Assembly (NCBI GenBank): GCA_949299195.1
Contig: CASFZN010000017.1
Location: forward strand, 3,714-67,713
Length of the DNA stretch: 64,000 nucleotides
Direction: 5' to 3'
From: an uncultured bacterium
GTDB taxonomy: Bacteria; Bacillota_I; Bacilli_A; RFN20; CAG-826
Part shown: piece by piece, positions 62,298 through 64,000 of the stretch
Position numbering within the stretch: position 1 is the stretch's first letter
Layout of the letters: each line of letters begins with the position of its first letter
Notes under the pieces: model-generated
Told to the model about the DNA's origin: nothing
The model's database searches: none
The model's input: the letters and a program-made list of their open reading frames with translations, nothing else
Program-made: the position numbers and the translations under genes

Positions 62298-63779
62298 TTA
62301 TTTAAATAGTCTTGTAGCTTCGATTGCTTTTTTCCATTTATATTCAATTTCTTGGACTTTTTCTTCTTCTAATTTAGGTTCAAATTCTTTTGAAATTTGA
62401 TGAATTTTTCCAATTTCATCGATATTCTCCCAGAACTTTGAATATAATCCTGCTAAATACGCTGCACCTAATGAGGTGGTTTCTAAATTTTTAGGCAAAA
62501 TGACTCTTGATGATAAAATGTCGGCTTGATATTGCATCAAATAATTATTTGTAGTTGCTCCGCCATCAACTCTTAAGGTTTGGATTTTTTTATTAGAAAT
62601 TCTTTCGATTTCACGAATAACATCCTTAGTTTGTAGAGCAATACTATTTAAAGTTGCTCTAATGAAGTGTTCTTTAGTAGCTCCACGAGTTAATCCAAAA
62701 ACTGCACCACGACATTCGTCATCCCAATAAGGAGCTCCTAGTCCTACAAAAGCAGGAACAACATAAACTCCAGCGCAATCCTTACATTTATTTGCATAAG
62801 TTTCACTATCTGCTGCAGTTTTAATCATTCTCATTTGATCTCTTAGCCATTGAATTGAAGCGCCACCAATAAAAACCGATCCCTCAATTGCATAAGAAAC
62901 TTTCCCATCAATTTCCCAAGCAATTGTAGTGATAAGTCCATTTTTATCGATAATAAAATCATCACCTATATTCATTAAAACGAAACATCCAGTACCATAG
63001 GTTGATTTAATATCACCCTTATTAACACAGTTTTGACCAAATAAAGCTGCTTGTTGGTCACCTGCTACACCTAAAATTCTTAAATATTTATCGAGTCTTG
63101 ATGCATATCCAAAAAAATGAGATGAAGGACAAACTTCAGGCAAAATACATTTTGGAATATTGAAAAGTTCTAATAATTCTTCATCCCAGGAAAGGGTTTT
63201 AATATTATAGAGCATCGTTCTTGATGCGTTTGTGACATCAGTTTTAAAAATGGTTTCTTCTGATAACTTATACATTAACCAAGTATCAATCGTTCCAAAC
63301 ATTAATTCGCCTTTTTCTGCTTTTTCTTGGCCATTTTCAATATTATCTAGAATAAATCTAATCTTAGAAGCACTAAAATATGGATTGATTATTAATCCTG
63401 TTTTTTCTCTAACAAAATCAGTTTTATCTTTTAAAGCATCACAAATATATGCTGATTGACGAGATTGCCAAACTAAAGCATTATAAACAGGCATTCCAGT
63501 TTCTTTATCCCAGATAACAGTTGTTTCTCTTTGATTAGTAATCCCGATAGAATCGATATTTTTATAGGTTAGATTGGTTTTTGCAAGTAAATCATTAATG
63601 ACATTCAAAACAGATAAATAAATATCTAAAGCATCTTGTTCAACCCATCCATCATGAGGAAATAAACAAGCGACTTCTTGTTGCGATTTATAAAAAATAT
63701 TTCCTTCATGATCAATCAAAGAAGCTCTAGTTGATGTTGTACCTTGATCAATTGTTAAAACATATTTATTCTTATTCAT
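62298..63779 (-). CDS. glpK: Glycerol kinase
   Basis: DQGTTSTR, GITNQRET, PYFSASK, GDQQAALFGQ, TYGTGCF, RVDGG. Confidence 0.97.
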   Translation of the reverse strand: MNKNKYVLTIDQGTTSTRASLIDHEGNIFYKSQQEVACLFPHDGWVEQDALDIYLSVLNVINDLLAKTNLTYKNIDSIGITNQRETTVIWDKETGMPVYNALVWQSRQSAYICDALKDKTDFVREKTGLIINPYFSASKIRFILDNIENGQEKAEKGELMFGTIDTWLMYKLSEETIFKTDVTNASRTMLYNIKTLSWDEELLELFNIPKCILPEVCPSSHFFGYASRLDKYLRILGVAGDQQAALFGQNCVNKGDIKSTYGTGCFVLMNIGDDFIIDKNGLITTIAWEIDGKVSYAIEGSVFIGGASIQWLRDQMRMIKTAADSETYANKCKDCAGVYVVPAFVGLGAPYWDDECRGAVFGLTRGATKEHFIRATLNSIALQTKDVIREIERISNKKIQTLRVDGGATTNNYLMQYQADILSSRVILPKNLETTSLGAAYLAGLYSKFWENIDEIGKIHQISKEFEPKLEEEKVQEIEYKWKKAIEATRLFK

Positions 63780-63999
63780 CTGCTTTCTCCTCTTTTCCCC
63801 ATGAAAATAGGTGAATTTTCTTTAATTTTGGATATTCAACTCGATCTTTTAAGAAGTTTTTCGTATAAGAATCAACTAAATCTTTAATTAAATATCTAAT
63901 ATTTTTCTTCTTTTCTTCATCAATATCTTTAACAGCCGTTAAGTAAGAATCGGTTTCAAAAAATAAATCTTTTGCAAGCCCCCCAAGAGTAAAAATGTT
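63772..63999 (-). CDS. 3' end of an unidentified protein running off the window
   Basis: Open frame NIFTLGGLAKDLFFETDSYLTAVKDIDEE...FSWGKEEKADE*, stop overlaps glpK start. Confidence 0.7.
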   Translation of the reverse strand, partial: NIFTLGGLAKDLFFETDSYLTAVKDIDEEKKKNIRYLIKDLVDSYTKNFLKDRVEYPKLKKIHLFSWGKEEKADE

Positions 64000-64000
64000 A

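Overview
This is a very AT-rich, gene-dense chromosomal segment. Gene content and B. subtilis-like synteny suggest a genome-reduced Bacilli-lineage bacterium, plausibly the uncultured RFN20/RF39/Erysipelotrichales neighbourhood (inference). Most genes lie on the minus strand. TGA is used as a stop (glgC), so this is not code 4. Housekeeping content: fhs (partial), tcdA-like, rdgB, peptidases, ZIP and tandem CNNM transporters, tRNA-Phe, tRNA-Asp, tyrS, apt, ccpA, trmB, coaX with an ECF S-component, leuS with a T-box, glgCDA, rpmB, an eroded gmk-priA-rsmB-rlmN-prpC-prkC-rpe cluster, rqcH, trmL, ppa, a full atpIBEFHAGDC operon and glpK. I saw no mobile element, prophage or CRISPR array. Main observations: (1) a jetA-jetB-jetC (Wadjet/MksBEF-type SMC) operon with no jetD nuclease, sitting among housekeeping genes; (2) a dispersed parS-like palindrome GTTTCCACGTGGAAAC at five loci, four of which also carry a second palindromic box CTTA(C/G)TAAG; (3) the only two in-frame CGG codons I found sit where Trp fits better than Arg, suggesting CGG->Trp recoding; (4) a probable catalytically dead RsmB, a PrkC kinase with no TM or PASTA domains but a MinD-like amphipathic tail, a probable Na+-type ATP synthase c-subunit, and many apparently leaderless genes. 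All motif scans were done by eye.
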